A stretch of DNA of 64,000 bases from Acidimicrobiia bacterium (GCA_035513335.1 DATKCE010000039.1:6861-70860), one strand, 5' to 3'; positions 21,435-31,150 are shown, numbered from the stretch's first letter. The notes: generated from the letters alone by a model not told the origin. Made by a program: numbers and translations.

Positions 21435-22775
21435 ATGGACGCCAGACATCGCACCTGGGCGACGTCGGAACGGTTCGTCCCCAAGACCTTCATCCGACCG
21501 TTCGTCCGCTTCAGCCGTATCGAGGCGTCTTCGGGCATCATTCTGCTGTTCGCAGCGGTAGCCGCACTCGTCTGGGCCAACAGCATCTGGTCGGACACAT
21601 ACTTCTCACTGTTCCAGGAGCGGTTCACCATCGACTTCTCCGGGTTCCACTTCGATGAATCCGCCCTCCATCTGATCAACGATGGGCTCATGGCCGTCTT
21701 CTTCTTCGTGGTCGGGCTGGAGATCAAGCGGGAGTTGGTCCTGGGAGACTTGCGCGACCCGAAGGCGGCAGCCCTCCCGGTGCTCGCCGCGCTCGGGGGG
21801 ATGGCCGTGCCGGCACTCTTCTACCTCTCTCTCAACTGGGGAACCGACGCGGTTCATGGATGGGGGATCCCAATGGCGACCGACATCGCTTTCGCCATCG
21901 GGATCGTGGCCCTCCTCGGCTCACGGGTCCCGTCGGGCGCGAAACTGTTTCTGCTCGCCGTCGCCATCGCCGACGACATCGGGGCGATCACCGTCATCGC
22001 CCTCTTCTACACCTCTGACCTGAGCAACGGATACCTGGCCGCCGCGGTGACCGGCCTGGTGTCGGTCTGGATCGCGGGACGGATCAACGTGAGGGCCATG
22101 TGGTTCTACGTGCCGATGGCCTTCGTGATCTGGTATCTCACCTACCGATCGGGCATCCACGCCACGCTGGCCGGCGTCGCCCTCGGTTTCCTGACCCCGG
22201 CCAGGCCCCTCTACCACCCGGGGGACTTCGACCGGCGCGCCCGTGCCATCCTCGACCAGTATCCCCACGAAGTCCTCGACCGGCATGCCCAGGAGCACGC
22301 CGACCACGAGACGCTACTGCTCTCCGAGATCGCCCACGAGGCGGTGTCTCCCCTGAATCGCATGGAGCGCCGGCTGGTTGGCTTGAGCTCTTTCGTGATC
22401 GTCCCCCTGTTCGCTCTGGCCAACGCCGGCATCGACTTCCGTAATCTCGACGTCGGCGATGCCTTGACCTCCCCGATCTCGATCGGTGTCGCCGGAGGCC
22501 TCATCCTCGGCAAAGTGGTCGGAATCTCCTCCGCCTCCTTCGGCGCGGTGCGTCTGGGTGTGGGGAGGCTCCCGCCGGACACCACCTGGCCCCAGGTGGT
22601 GGGGCTATCGGCGGTCGCCGGAATCGGTTTCACCGTCGCTCTGTTCGTCACCGGGCTCGCCTTCGCCGACCCTGTCGTGGCCGGGCTCGCCAAGATGGGC
22701 ATTTTCTCGGGCTCGGTGGTCGCTGGCATCATTGGATCGATCATCTTGATCAAGACACGAACCAGGGGTGAGTGA
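21435..22775 (+). CDS. nhaA: Na+/H+ antiporter NhaA
   Basis: 446 aa, NDGLMAVFFFVVGLEIKRE and FLLAVAIADDIGAI motifs. Starts 1 nt after the fba stop. Confidence 0.93.
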   Translation: MDARHRTWATSERFVPKTFIRPFVRFSRIEASSGIILLFAAVAALVWANSIWSDTYFSLFQERFTIDFSGFHFDESALHLINDGLMAVFFFVVGLEIKRELVLGDLRDPKAAALPVLAALGGMAVPALFYLSLNWGTDAVHGWGIPMATDIAFAIGIVALLGSRVPSGAKLFLLAVAIADDIGAITVIALFYTSDLSNGYLAAAVTGLVSVWIAGRINVRAMWFYVPMAFVIWYLTYRSGIHATLAGVALGFLTPARPLYHPGDFDRRARAILDQYPHEVLDRHAQEHADHETLLLSEIAHEAVSPLNRMERRLVGLSSFVIVPLFALANAGIDFRNLDVGDALTSPISIGVAGGLILGKVVGISSASFGAVRLGVGRLPPDTTWPQVVGLSAVAGIGFTVALFVTGLAFADPVVAGLAKMGIFSGSVVAGIIGSIILIKTRTRGE

Positions 22776-22942
22776 TGACCGAACCAACACCGACCATCAT
22801 CTGTGTCGAGTGCGGAGGCACCGCACACTTGCTCAGCTACCTCCCGCCCGACGAGCCGCTCGAGGAGGGGTTCCCGATCGCCTACCGCTGCTCGGACTGC
22901 ATGGAGCGTTTCGACCTCGTCTGGGAGGGAGACTCGGAATAG
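22775..22942 (+). CDS. 55-aa zinc-ribbon (CxxC...CxxC) small protein
   Basis: Below the ORF-track cutoff. ATG overlaps the nhaA TGA (TGATG). MTEPTPTIICVECGGTAHLLSYLPPDEPLEEGFPIAYRCSDCMERFDLVWEGDSE. GC-rich third positions, like neighbouring genes. Confidence 0.55.
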   Translation: MTEPTPTIICVECGGTAHLLSYLPPDEPLEEGFPIAYRCSDCMERFDLVWEGDSE

Positions 22943-23033
22943 ACGGCCTACTCGAGTGGAGGGTTCACGGGTCGTCCCTCGTCCGTGCTGCAATCCGTCG
23001 CGATAAACGCCACGCTATGCAGCGCGGTCGAGC

Positions 23034-23906
23034 TCAGTCCGCCCAGCGATGGACGTCGATCGCGTCAGGGTCGAATCCCATGGATGCGCAGAACTCCCGG
23101 AACCGCTGCTCCGGAACGCCAGGCCAATGCAGGTCGTCGAGACTCTCGGGGATTGGGGCGTCGAGACGCAGCGTGGTCAGTTCCCGAAAGAGGTAGACCA
23201 CCTCCTGGTTCTGAGCCAGGGTGGCGGCGAGCTTCTCCGCGCCACGCACCCTCACCCCCCAATCGGCGGGATCGGCGGGGATCAACTCGAGACGAGCAAA
23301 CCGTGCCAGGACCGTGGATGCGCTCTTGGCTCCCCAACCGGGGAGCCCGGGCACCCCGTCGGCGGTGTCACCGACCAGCGCCAGGTAGTCGGGTATCGAC
23401 TCGGGATGGATACCGAATTTCTCCACGACACCGTCTTCGTCGACGATCTTCTGCTCCCTACGGTTGTAGGTGACGATGCGGTCCCCCACGACCACCTGGG
23501 CCATGTCCTTGTCGGGCGAGCAGATGACGACCTGTTCGACGTCGTCCACCCATTTGACCGCGGCCGCGGCCAGGGTGTCGTCCGCCTCGAACTCGATGTT
23601 TCGCCACACCACCACCCCGATGGCCTCCAGGGCTTGCTCCGCAAATCGGAACTGGCGCAGCAACTCCTCGTCCATGCCCGCCGAGGACTTGTACCCGAGG
23701 AACATCTCGTTGCGGAAGGACTCGATGACGGTGTCGAAGCTGGCGGCGAGATGGGTCACCCCCGGCTCGCGGAGCAGGGACAACGTCGACTCCAGGATCC
23801 CCAACGTGGCGTGGATGTCGTGCCCGTCGGGGGCGAGCGCAGTGTCCCTGCGCCCGTAGTGGGAACGAAACAGCTCGTAGGTACCATCCAGGAGGTGGAG
23901 ACGCAC
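23034..23906 (-). CDS. 5'-3' exonuclease (FEN/Pol I N-terminal-domain family)
   Basis: Trimmed to the GTG at 23906 (VRLHLLDGTYELFRSHY...), 290 aa. H3TH region IPDYLALVGDTADGVPGLPGWGAKSAST. Confidence 0.85.
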   Translation of the reverse strand: MRLHLLDGTYELFRSHYGRRDTALAPDGHDIHATLGILESTLSLLREPGVTHLAASFDTVIESFRNEMFLGYKSSAGMDEELLRQFRFAEQALEAIGVVVWRNIEFEADDTLAAAAVKWVDDVEQVVICSPDKDMAQVVVGDRIVTYNRREQKIVDEDGVVEKFGIHPESIPDYLALVGDTADGVPGLPGWGAKSASTVLARFARLELIPADPADWGVRVRGAEKLAATLAQNQEVVYLFRELTTLRLDAPIPESLDDLHWPGVPEQRFREFCASMGFDPDAIDVHRWAD

Positions 23907-24263
23907 GAGAGTGATCCTACGACAGGAGAGGCCACCGACCCCTGGGACACCGTCCAGGACGAGTTCGGGGACCTCGGCTCGCGCCTCAAAGAGACCTATC
24001 GGAAAGTGGCCTCCGACGGAGGGCCTTCCGACGAAGAGATCAAGGACGCCTTCGGGACACTGGTGGGGGCGTGGGGCCAGGTGGCCGGGTCGGTGAGCAC
24101 GGCTCTTCAGGACCCGGAGGTGCGCGAACATCTGAAGGCAGCTGCCAGTTCTCTCGCCACCGCCCTGGGCAGGACGATCAGCGAACTGGGGAGTGAGCTG
24201 AGTAGCCACGAGCGTTGGTCGGCGACGAGCCCGGACGAAAACGCCAGAGGCGAAGAGGAGTAG
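23895..24263 (+). CDS. Hypothetical small acidic/helical protein
   Basis: The C-terminal part of track ORF 23049-24263 has coding-like GC3 from about 23930 onward (..DPWDTVQDEFGDLGSRLKETYRKVASDGGPSDEEIKDAFGTLVGAWGQVAGSV..). It ends 7 nt before the rhodanese gene. Start is uncertain: GTG at 23895 or GTG at 24006. Confidence 0.45.
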   Translation: METHESDPTTGEATDPWDTVQDEFGDLGSRLKETYRKVASDGGPSDEEIKDAFGTLVGAWGQVAGSVSTALQDPEVREHLKAAASSLATALGRTISELGSELSSHERWSATSPDENARGEEE

Positions 24264-24270
24264 CCGGGAC

Positions 24271-25077
24271 GTGAGGCCCCTGATGGACGTCGACGAGCTC
24301 GCCGCCGCGCCCGGCAAATTCCGGATCTACGACATCCGCTGGGATCTGACAGACCCCGACAAGGGGCGAACGACCTACGAGGCAGGGCACATCCCGGGGG
24401 CCGTCTTCGTCGACCTCGATGAGGACCTGTCGGCTGATCCCGACGGTGGAGGGCGGCACCCCCTACCGGACATCGACGAGTTTGCGGGGACACTCGGCCA
24501 ATTGGGGGTCAGCCCCGAGTCTCACGTAGTGGTCTACGACGACGTCGCGGGACGCATCGCAGCCCGTCTGTGGTGGATGCTACGGGCGATCGGCCACGAG
24601 CGAGCCCAGGTCCTCGATGGTGGGTATCAGGCTTGGATCGCTTCCGGGCACGACGTCGGGGTGGGCACCGTCGCCCCGAAGCCGACCCGTCCCTACCCGG
24701 TGCCCGACGGGTTCGAAGGTGTGGTCACCCGAGCCAACCTGGGCGACCGGGCCCTCGTCGATGCCCGGGCCGAGGAGCGCTATCGCGGCGAGACCGAGCC
24801 CGTCGACCCCAAGGCGGGTCACATACCCGGAGCGATCAACATACCCACCTCGAGCAATCTCACTCCAGAGGGGCGCTTCCTCCCCGCGGAGGAGCTCGCC
24901 TCGATCTACGTCAACCTGCCCTCCGACACGGTGGTCTCATGCGGCAGCGGAGTCACCGCCTGTCATGACGCCCTGGCCATGGTCATCGCCGGCCACGAGA
25001 TGCCGCACGTGTACGTCGGTTCGTTCTCGGAGTGGTCCCGTCTCGATCTTCCGGTGGCCACAGGGCCCAATCCGTGA
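24271..25077 (+). CDS. Thiosulfate/3-mercaptopyruvate sulfurtransferase (tandem rhodanese)
   Basis: 268 aa, YEAGHIPGAVFVDLD and active-site loop SCGSGVTAC. The start may instead be the ATG at 24283. Confidence 0.88.
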   Translation: MRPLMDVDELAAAPGKFRIYDIRWDLTDPDKGRTTYEAGHIPGAVFVDLDEDLSADPDGGGRHPLPDIDEFAGTLGQLGVSPESHVVVYDDVAGRIAARLWWMLRAIGHERAQVLDGGYQAWIASGHDVGVGTVAPKPTRPYPVPDGFEGVVTRANLGDRALVDARAEERYRGETEPVDPKAGHIPGAINIPTSSNLTPEGRFLPAEELASIYVNLPSDTVVSCGSGVTACHDALAMVIAGHEMPHVYVGSFSEWSRLDLPVATGPNP

Positions 25078-26036
25078 TCAGTCGACGAGCGATCGAGGCC
25101 ATCGAGGCATCGGACACCGATGAGCTACTCCGCGTGGCAGACGGCCTCTGCGAGAGCTCCGCCTGGGATGAGCTCGTCGAGCTGAAGGCCCGCTGCCGCG
25201 AGGCGGTGGGCCGGGGCAAGCAGCTCTGGGGTGTCGAGGAGCACATCCGATACCGGCTGACTCTCGAGGCGCCGGGCGAGTGGGCAGGGGCCGCGGTCAG
25301 CGAAGGAGTCTCACGATTCGCCCTCGGCCCGCTCCCGGAAGTGGCCGCCTCGACAAAGAGCTGGGCAGAACTGGACGAGCACCTCGACGACGGGCCCTGG
25401 CGTTCCGTCACCGCCGCCGAAAGAGTGGTTCGCGGTGACACCGAAACGCCCCCCATCCCGGACCTGCCCAACCGTCTCACATCCTGGGAGCCGGAGTACC
25501 CGGTCGCCATCTACAAGGCCGACAAAGTCGAAGCACCCTCGCCGTCTCCCCCGGACGTGGTCGAGTCGGAGCTGCCGCCGACGTTCACCTCGATCGACGA
25601 CCCCCACTCGGAAGGCGCCCTCTTCGATCTGGTCCAGCCCTGGGTGACCGAGTCCAACGGCCGATACGAGACGTCTGCCGTGGAGGGGACCGCCCTCGAT
25701 GCGATACGCGCCCTGGGTCTCACCAGGGCGCGTGTGGGAGAGATGTCCACTGACGAGGCCATCCGCTGGATGGCCTGGGCCGGCGCCTCGGGCGGAGCCC
25801 ACGGGCGCAGGAGAGGGGCCGCCGCAGGCCGGGTCGGGGTGTGGTGGGCGATAGCCACACTGTGCGACCTCGCCTGGCCCGTAGAGCCCGATGTGATGGA
25901 GACCGCCCTACGCAAGCTCTCGTTCTATTGGTTCGACGACGGCTCTCCGGGCACGGGCTGGGAACTGCGTCTCGCCATCGAAGACGCCTCGTCGGGTCTG
26001 GGGTGGGCGATATCGGCGGTCGACGCCGCCGACTGA
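25074..26036 (+). CDS. Conserved hypothetical protein
   Basis: The GTG at 25074 overlaps the rhodanese stop (GTGA). 320 aa. No motif I can assign. The Trp-rich C-terminal block (GAHGRRRGAAAGRVGVWWAIATLCDLAWP...LSFYWFDDG) recalls uncharacterised actinobacterial proteins. Confidence 0.6.
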   Translation: MISRRAIEAIEASDTDELLRVADGLCESSAWDELVELKARCREAVGRGKQLWGVEEHIRYRLTLEAPGEWAGAAVSEGVSRFALGPLPEVAASTKSWAELDEHLDDGPWRSVTAAERVVRGDTETPPIPDLPNRLTSWEPEYPVAIYKADKVEAPSPSPPDVVESELPPTFTSIDDPHSEGALFDLVQPWVTESNGRYETSAVEGTALDAIRALGLTRARVGEMSTDEAIRWMAWAGASGGAHGRRRGAAAGRVGVWWAIATLCDLAWPVEPDVMETALRKLSFYWFDDGSPGTGWELRLAIEDASSGLGWAISAVDAAD

Positions 26037-26043
26037 ATCGAGA

Positions 26044-27579
26044 TCAAGCGCCGGATTCGACGAACACTGACCGGGTGTGCCAACCCGTGGCTCCGTCGGG
26101 GGCGGGTGGCCTCATCTCCCGGGTCTGTGTCTCCCCGTGGCCGTCCGTTGCCCGGCATCGGAGCAGGTGGCGTCCCTCGGCGGTCACGTCCCAATCGATC
26201 CTCCACTGCACCCAGGCGTTGTCCGAGAGGGGTTCGCTCAACTCGGCACCCAGCCATGGCTCGTCCTCTCCCAGCTGCACCTCCACTCTGGAGATGCCCC
26301 GGGTCGGGGCCCAGGCCACTCCGGCCACAACGTGACGCCCGGGTGCGATCTGAGTGCTGTGGCCGGGGGTGTCGATCCTCGACTGGGTCTTGATCGGAGC
26401 CTCCTTGGCCCATCCTCTCGGCACCCAGTAGGCGTTGAACCCATCCCAGGTGGTCAACTCGATCTCGGAGAGCCACTTGGTCGCTGACACATATCCGTAG
26501 AGACCGGATACCACCAGACGGGCGGGGAACCCGTGCTCGAAGGGCAGAGGCTCACCGTTCATGCCCACCGCCACCAGCGCCTCCCGTCCGTCGTAGGCCG
26601 CCTCCACCGGGAACCCGACGGTGAACTCGTCAACGGACCGCCCGACGATCTGGCCCGCATCGGGATGGACGCCGGCGCGATCGAGTATCTCGCTGAGGGG
26701 GACGCCCAACCATCGGGCGTTGCCCACGAGCCCTCCCCCAACCTGGTTCGACACACAGGAGAGGGTGATGTCTCGTTCCACCATGCGCATGTCCGCCAGA
26801 TCGGAGAAGTCGATGGAGTAGGGACGATCGACCATCCCCGTGACACTCAGAGTCCACTCCTGCAGGTCGACCCTCGGAACCGAGATGGCGGTGTCGATGC
26901 GGTAGAAGTCCTCGTTGGAGACCAGGATCTCCGCCAACCCCTCGATCTCGAAGTCCGCCGCCTCCGACACCGGCGGCAGAGTGTCCGCCGCACCGGGCAG
27001 CACGACTTCGTCCCGTCCCGCCACCGCCCGTTTCGCCCGCTCGATCAGCATGCGACCCAGGCCACCGGCGAGGGCAGCGACTCCGATGACTGCTCCGGCG
27101 CCGAGGAGGAAGTCGCGTTTGGAGGTGTCACGGACTTCACCGCCATCAGGCTCGCCCAGGCGGTGGAGCATTCGCAAGGTCGCCAGACCGACGAACACCG
27201 CGGCGCCTGCCGGAATCACGGCCATGCCAGGGGACACCCGGGGGTCGATGGCACCAGCAGCCGCGGCGACAGCACCGAAAGCTAGGAACATCCCGAGCGC
27301 CAGTCCGAATCGGGCCCGGGACAGGACGCCGACGATCGCACCGATAACGATCGTGACTACGGCGATGCCCACCAGGAGAACCAATTTGTCGTTGGTCCCG
27401 AACACCGAGATAGCCCAGTCCTTGACCACCGGCGGAACGTTGTCGATGACCCAGTTGCCCAAACTCTCCACGAGCGAGGGCACCGAGGTGAGGAGACCGG
27501 CGATCAACTCGGACACACCCAGGCCGATGCCGGCGGCCAGGCCGCCGGCAGATGCGTCGCGGAGACGTGTCGAGCTCAC
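26044..27579 (-). CDS. Membrane-anchored molybdopterin-dependent (sulfite-oxidase-family) oxidoreductase
   Basis: 511 aa. N-terminal hydrophobic domain, then the SUOX-fold region (ITLSCVSNQVGGGLVGNARWLGVPL...GFPARLVVSGLYGYVSATKWL). Confidence 0.85.
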   Translation of the reverse strand: MSSTRLRDASAGGLAAGIGLGVSELIAGLLTSVPSLVESLGNWVIDNVPPVVKDWAISVFGTNDKLVLLVGIAVVTIVIGAIVGVLSRARFGLALGMFLAFGAVAAAAGAIDPRVSPGMAVIPAGAAVFVGLATLRMLHRLGEPDGGEVRDTSKRDFLLGAGAVIGVAALAGGLGRMLIERAKRAVAGRDEVVLPGAADTLPPVSEAADFEIEGLAEILVSNEDFYRIDTAISVPRVDLQEWTLSVTGMVDRPYSIDFSDLADMRMVERDITLSCVSNQVGGGLVGNARWLGVPLSEILDRAGVHPDAGQIVGRSVDEFTVGFPVEAAYDGREALVAVGMNGEPLPFEHGFPARLVVSGLYGYVSATKWLSEIELTTWDGFNAYWVPRGWAKEAPIKTQSRIDTPGHSTQIAPGRHVVAGVAWAPTRGISRVEVQLGEDEPWLGAELSEPLSDNAWVQWRIDWDVTAEGRHLLRCRATDGHGETQTREMRPPAPDGATGWHTRSVFVESGA

Positions 27580-27644
27580 CGCGTGGAACCTAGGAACTCT
27601 CCAGCTAATGAGGGGTAAAGCCCGCTTTCGGTAGGGTCGGGGGC

Positions 27645-28628
27645 ATGCAATTTGGAGCCTTCGTACAGCAAGGCTGGAGACTCACTCTCTCCGGCATCCC
27701 CACCGATCAGCACTGGCCCACCATGCTCGGCGTGGCCCGGGACATCGAGCGCCTCGGCTACGACTCGCTCTGGGTGTACGACCATTTCCACACCGTCCCC
27801 GAGCCGATCCAGGAGGTGACCTACGAAGCCTGGACGATGATGTCCGCGCTGGCCGCCACCACCGAGACGGTCCGGCTGGGACAGATGTGCACCTGCAACA
27901 CCTACCGCCCGCCGTCGTATCTGGCCAAGGTGGCAGCCTGTATCGACGTGATCTCGGGCGGCCGTCTCGAGATGGGAATCGGTGCGGGGTGGTACGAGCA
28001 CGAGCACGACGGCTACGGCTACCCCTTCCTGTCCCCCGGGGGACGTCTGGGGATGCTCCGCGAAGGGGTGGAGATCATGAAGGCGATGTGGACCGAGGAC
28101 GAGGTCGACTATGAGGGCAAGCACTTCACCTTGAAGGGCGCCATCTGTCAGCCAAAGCCCGTCCAGGAGCCTCACATCCCGTTCTGGATCGCCGGTGGCG
28201 GGGAAAAGGTGACCCTCAACATCGCCGCCAGATACGCCCGATACACCAACTTCGGTGGTGACGACCTGGACTCCTTCGTCCGCAAGTCGGAGATCCTGCA
28301 AGGACATTGCAACGACGTAGGGACCGACTTCGACACCATCACCCGGTCGGCGAACTTCAACATCTTCTGCGCTCCAACCGAGGATGAGGTCGAAGAGAAG
28401 AAGCAATGGCTGGCCCAGCATCTCGGAAGGTACGTTCCAGAGGAGAAGGCGAAGCGCTCGGCGGCCCTGTTCGACCGGATGTCAGGCACTCCAGATCTGG
28501 TGATCACCAGGTTGAAGGAGTACGAGGAGGCCGGGATGGGCTACGCCATCGTCCACTTCGCCGATGCCGCTTTCGACCGGAGCAGCCTCGAGCTGTTCGC
28601 CAGAGAAGTGATTCCCGCGTTCACATGA
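27645..28628 (+). CDS. LLM-class (luciferase-like) F420-dependent oxidoreductase
   Basis: 327 aa, LGYDSLWVYDHF...GRLEMGIGAGWYEHEHDGYGYPF. Confidence 0.85.
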   Translation: MQFGAFVQQGWRLTLSGIPTDQHWPTMLGVARDIERLGYDSLWVYDHFHTVPEPIQEVTYEAWTMMSALAATTETVRLGQMCTCNTYRPPSYLAKVAACIDVISGGRLEMGIGAGWYEHEHDGYGYPFLSPGGRLGMLREGVEIMKAMWTEDEVDYEGKHFTLKGAICQPKPVQEPHIPFWIAGGGEKVTLNIAARYARYTNFGGDDLDSFVRKSEILQGHCNDVGTDFDTITRSANFNIFCAPTEDEVEEKKQWLAQHLGRYVPEEKAKRSAALFDRMSGTPDLVITRLKEYEEAGMGYAIVHFADAAFDRSSLELFAREVIPAFT

Positions 28629-29230
28629 TGGAGCTGGTGGTCGGCGACGACGGCGTGCCCCGATGTTGGTGGGGATCCGACCCCGACATCTACCGCGCCT
28701 ATCACGATGACGAGTGGGGTCGACCCACCACCGACGACCATCGCCTCTTCGAGAAGGTTTGTCTGGAAGGCTTCCAGGCAGGCCTCTCCTGGCTGACCAT
28801 CCTGCGCAAACGCGAGGACTTCCGGACCGCCTTCGCTCGATTCGACCCGCGGATGGTCGCCGACTTCGACGAAACCGACGTTGCCCGGCTCCTCACCGAT
28901 CAAGGGATCGTCCGTCACGAAGGCAAGATCCGGTCCACGATCAACAATGCGGAGAGGGCCCTCGAGTTGAGAGACGAGATCGGCTCGCTGCGCGACTACT
29001 TCTGGTCGTGGGCCGAGCCGGAAACCACTCCGCCGGACGACATTCCGGCGGCGACGCCGACCTCGACCGCCCTGGCCAAGGACCTGAAGCAACGGGGTTG
29101 GACCTTCGTCGGCCCCACGACCGTCTACGCCTTCATGCAGGCGATGGGTTTGGTCAACGACCATCTCGGGGGATGTCATGTGCGCGAGGTCTGTGCCACC
29201 GAACGACGGTCTCTAGTCTCTGCCGCGTGA
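28625..29230 (+). CDS. tag: DNA-3-methyladenine glycosylase I
   Basis: ATGA overlap with the upstream stop. MMELVVGDDGVPRCWWGSDPDIYRAYHDDEWGRP...FEKVCLEGFQAGLSWLTILRKRE...GPTTVYAFMQAMGLVNDH. Confidence 0.9.
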   Translation: MMELVVGDDGVPRCWWGSDPDIYRAYHDDEWGRPTTDDHRLFEKVCLEGFQAGLSWLTILRKREDFRTAFARFDPRMVADFDETDVARLLTDQGIVRHEGKIRSTINNAERALELRDEIGSLRDYFWSWAEPETTPPDDIPAATPTSTALAKDLKQRGWTFVGPTTVYAFMQAMGLVNDHLGGCHVREVCATERRSLVSAA

Positions 29231-30366
29231 TCGAGCGGCCCGAGTTCACCATCGGCATCGAGGAGGAGTACCTCGTCGTCGACCGCGAGACCCGGGATCT
29301 CGTCAAGAAGCCGCCCAAGGAGATGTGGGACGCCCTCGGCGAGGTCTTGGGTGCCCAGGTGACCCAGGAGTTCCTTCAGGCCCAGATCGAGGTGGGGACC
29401 AAAGTATGCGCCCGGGTCTCGGAGGCGCGGGAGGATCTGGCCACGCTGAGAAGGGATCTGTCGAAGGTGGTGGGCGAGTACGGGGCCGCCATCATCGCCG
29501 CATCCACCCATCCTTTCGCCAATTGGGCCCAACAGGAGACCACCGAGGACCCCAGGTACCTCAGACTTCGGGCGGACTATCAGCAGGTGGCCCGTCAGCT
29601 CGTCATCTGCGGCATGCACGTCCATGTCGGTATCGCCGACCCGCACCTGCGCATCGACCTGATGAACCAGGTCAAGTACTTCCTACCCCACCTGCTCACC
29701 TTGTCCAGCTCCTCTCCCTTCTGGGACGGGGTGCTCACCGGTCTCCAGGCCTACCGACTGGTCATCTTCCAGAACATGCCCCGCACCGGCATCCCGGAGG
29801 AGTTCATCTCCCACGCCGAGTATGAGAGGTATGTGGAGATCCTCGTGGACGCCGGGCTGATCGAAGACGGCTCGAAGCTTTGGTGGGACATCCGGCCATC
29901 CGCCAAGTACCCGACGCTGGAGATGAGGGTCAGCGACGTGTGCACCCGGCTCGACGATGCCATCACCATCGCCGCCCTGTACCAGTCCCTGCTCGGGTTC
30001 CTCTACCGTCTTCGCCGCAACAACCAGAAGTGGCGCATCTACGCACCCGGCATCATCGAAGAGAACATCTGGCGCGCCCAGCGCTACGGCACCGAGGGCT
30101 CACTGGTGGACTTCGGGAAGGGAACCCTGGTCCCGTTTCCGGACCTCCTCGAGGAGATCATCGAGCTCGTTGCCGCCGACGCGGTGGAGTTCGAGGTCCG
30201 CGAAGAAGTCCGTCATGCCCGGACGATCGTGCGCGAGGGAACCAGTGCGCAGCGTCAGGTCTGGGCCTACGAGAGAGCACTGGAAGACGGAGCGTCTGAG
30301 CATGGGGCCCTGCAGGCCGTGGTCGACGAGCTGATCGTTGACACCCTCTACGGGATCGAGGTCTGA
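29227..30366 (+). CDS. Carboxylate-amine ligase, YbdK/GCS2 family
   Basis: GTGA overlap with tag. FTIGIEEEYLVVD...CGMHVHVGI...WWDIRPSAKYPTLEMRVSD, typical of glutamate-cysteine ligase family 2. Confidence 0.88.
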   Translation: MIERPEFTIGIEEEYLVVDRETRDLVKKPPKEMWDALGEVLGAQVTQEFLQAQIEVGTKVCARVSEAREDLATLRRDLSKVVGEYGAAIIAASTHPFANWAQQETTEDPRYLRLRADYQQVARQLVICGMHVHVGIADPHLRIDLMNQVKYFLPHLLTLSSSSPFWDGVLTGLQAYRLVIFQNMPRTGIPEEFISHAEYERYVEILVDAGLIEDGSKLWWDIRPSAKYPTLEMRVSDVCTRLDDAITIAALYQSLLGFLYRLRRNNQKWRIYAPGIIEENIWRAQRYGTEGSLVDFGKGTLVPFPDLLEEIIELVAADAVEFEVREEVRHARTIVREGTSAQRQVWAYERALEDGASEHGALQAVVDELIVDTLYGIEV

Positions 30367-30367
30367 G

Positions 30368-31150
30368 ATGAGCCGCCCGATTCGCATCGCCCTGCAACTC
30401 CAGCCCCAGCACGCCGAGTATGCCGAGATCCGGGATGCCGTGAGACGCGGGGAGGAGATGGGCGTCGACATCGTCTTCAACTGGGACCACTTCTTCCCCC
30501 TGAGCGGTGACCCCGAGGGGAAGCACTTCGAGTGCTGGACCATGCTGGGGTCTTGGGCCGAGGTGACCGAGCGAGTTGAGATCGGAGCACTCGTCACCTG
30601 TAACAGCTATCGCAACCCAGAGCTCCTGGCGGACATGGCCCGGACGGTGGACCATGCCTCCGACGGCCGGCTCATCCTCGGGATCGGCGCAGGGTGGTTC
30701 CGGAAGGACTACGACGAGTACGGCTACGAGTTCGGCACTGCCGGGATGCGGCTCGCCGACCTGAGGCAGGCGCTTCCCCGCATCAAGAGTCGCTTCGCCA
30801 GGCTGAACCCCACACCCACGAGGGACATTCCGATCCTGATCGGGGGTGGCGGGGAAAAGAAGACGTTGAGATACACCGCCGAGTTCGCCGACATATGGCA
30901 CGGATTCGGGACACCGGAGGTGATCCGGCACAAGAACCAGGTCCTCGATGACCATTGTGAAGACATAGGCCGCGATCCGAGAGAGATCGAGCGCTCGTGT
31001 GGTGCACGGCCGACCAGCGTCGAGCGTGGAGACGAGCTGATGGAGGCCGGAGCCACCCTGATCACCCTCGGGTTCGACGGTGACACCGGATACGACCTCT
31101 CCCCGGTGGCCGACTGGATCGCGTGGCGAGACGAGAGAAACGCCACCTAG
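30368..31150 (+). CDS. Second LLM-class F420-dependent oxidoreductase
   Basis: The ATG is 1 nt after the GCS2 stop. MSRPIRIALQLQPQHAEY...GRLILGIGAGWFRKDYDEYGYEFG. Confidence 0.85.
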   Translation: MSRPIRIALQLQPQHAEYAEIRDAVRRGEEMGVDIVFNWDHFFPLSGDPEGKHFECWTMLGSWAEVTERVEIGALVTCNSYRNPELLADMARTVDHASDGRLILGIGAGWFRKDYDEYGYEFGTAGMRLADLRQALPRIKSRFARLNPTPTRDIPILIGGGGEKKTLRYTAEFADIWHGFGTPEVIRHKNQVLDDHCEDIGRDPREIERSCGARPTSVERGDELMEAGATLITLGFDGDTGYDLSPVADWIAWRDERNAT

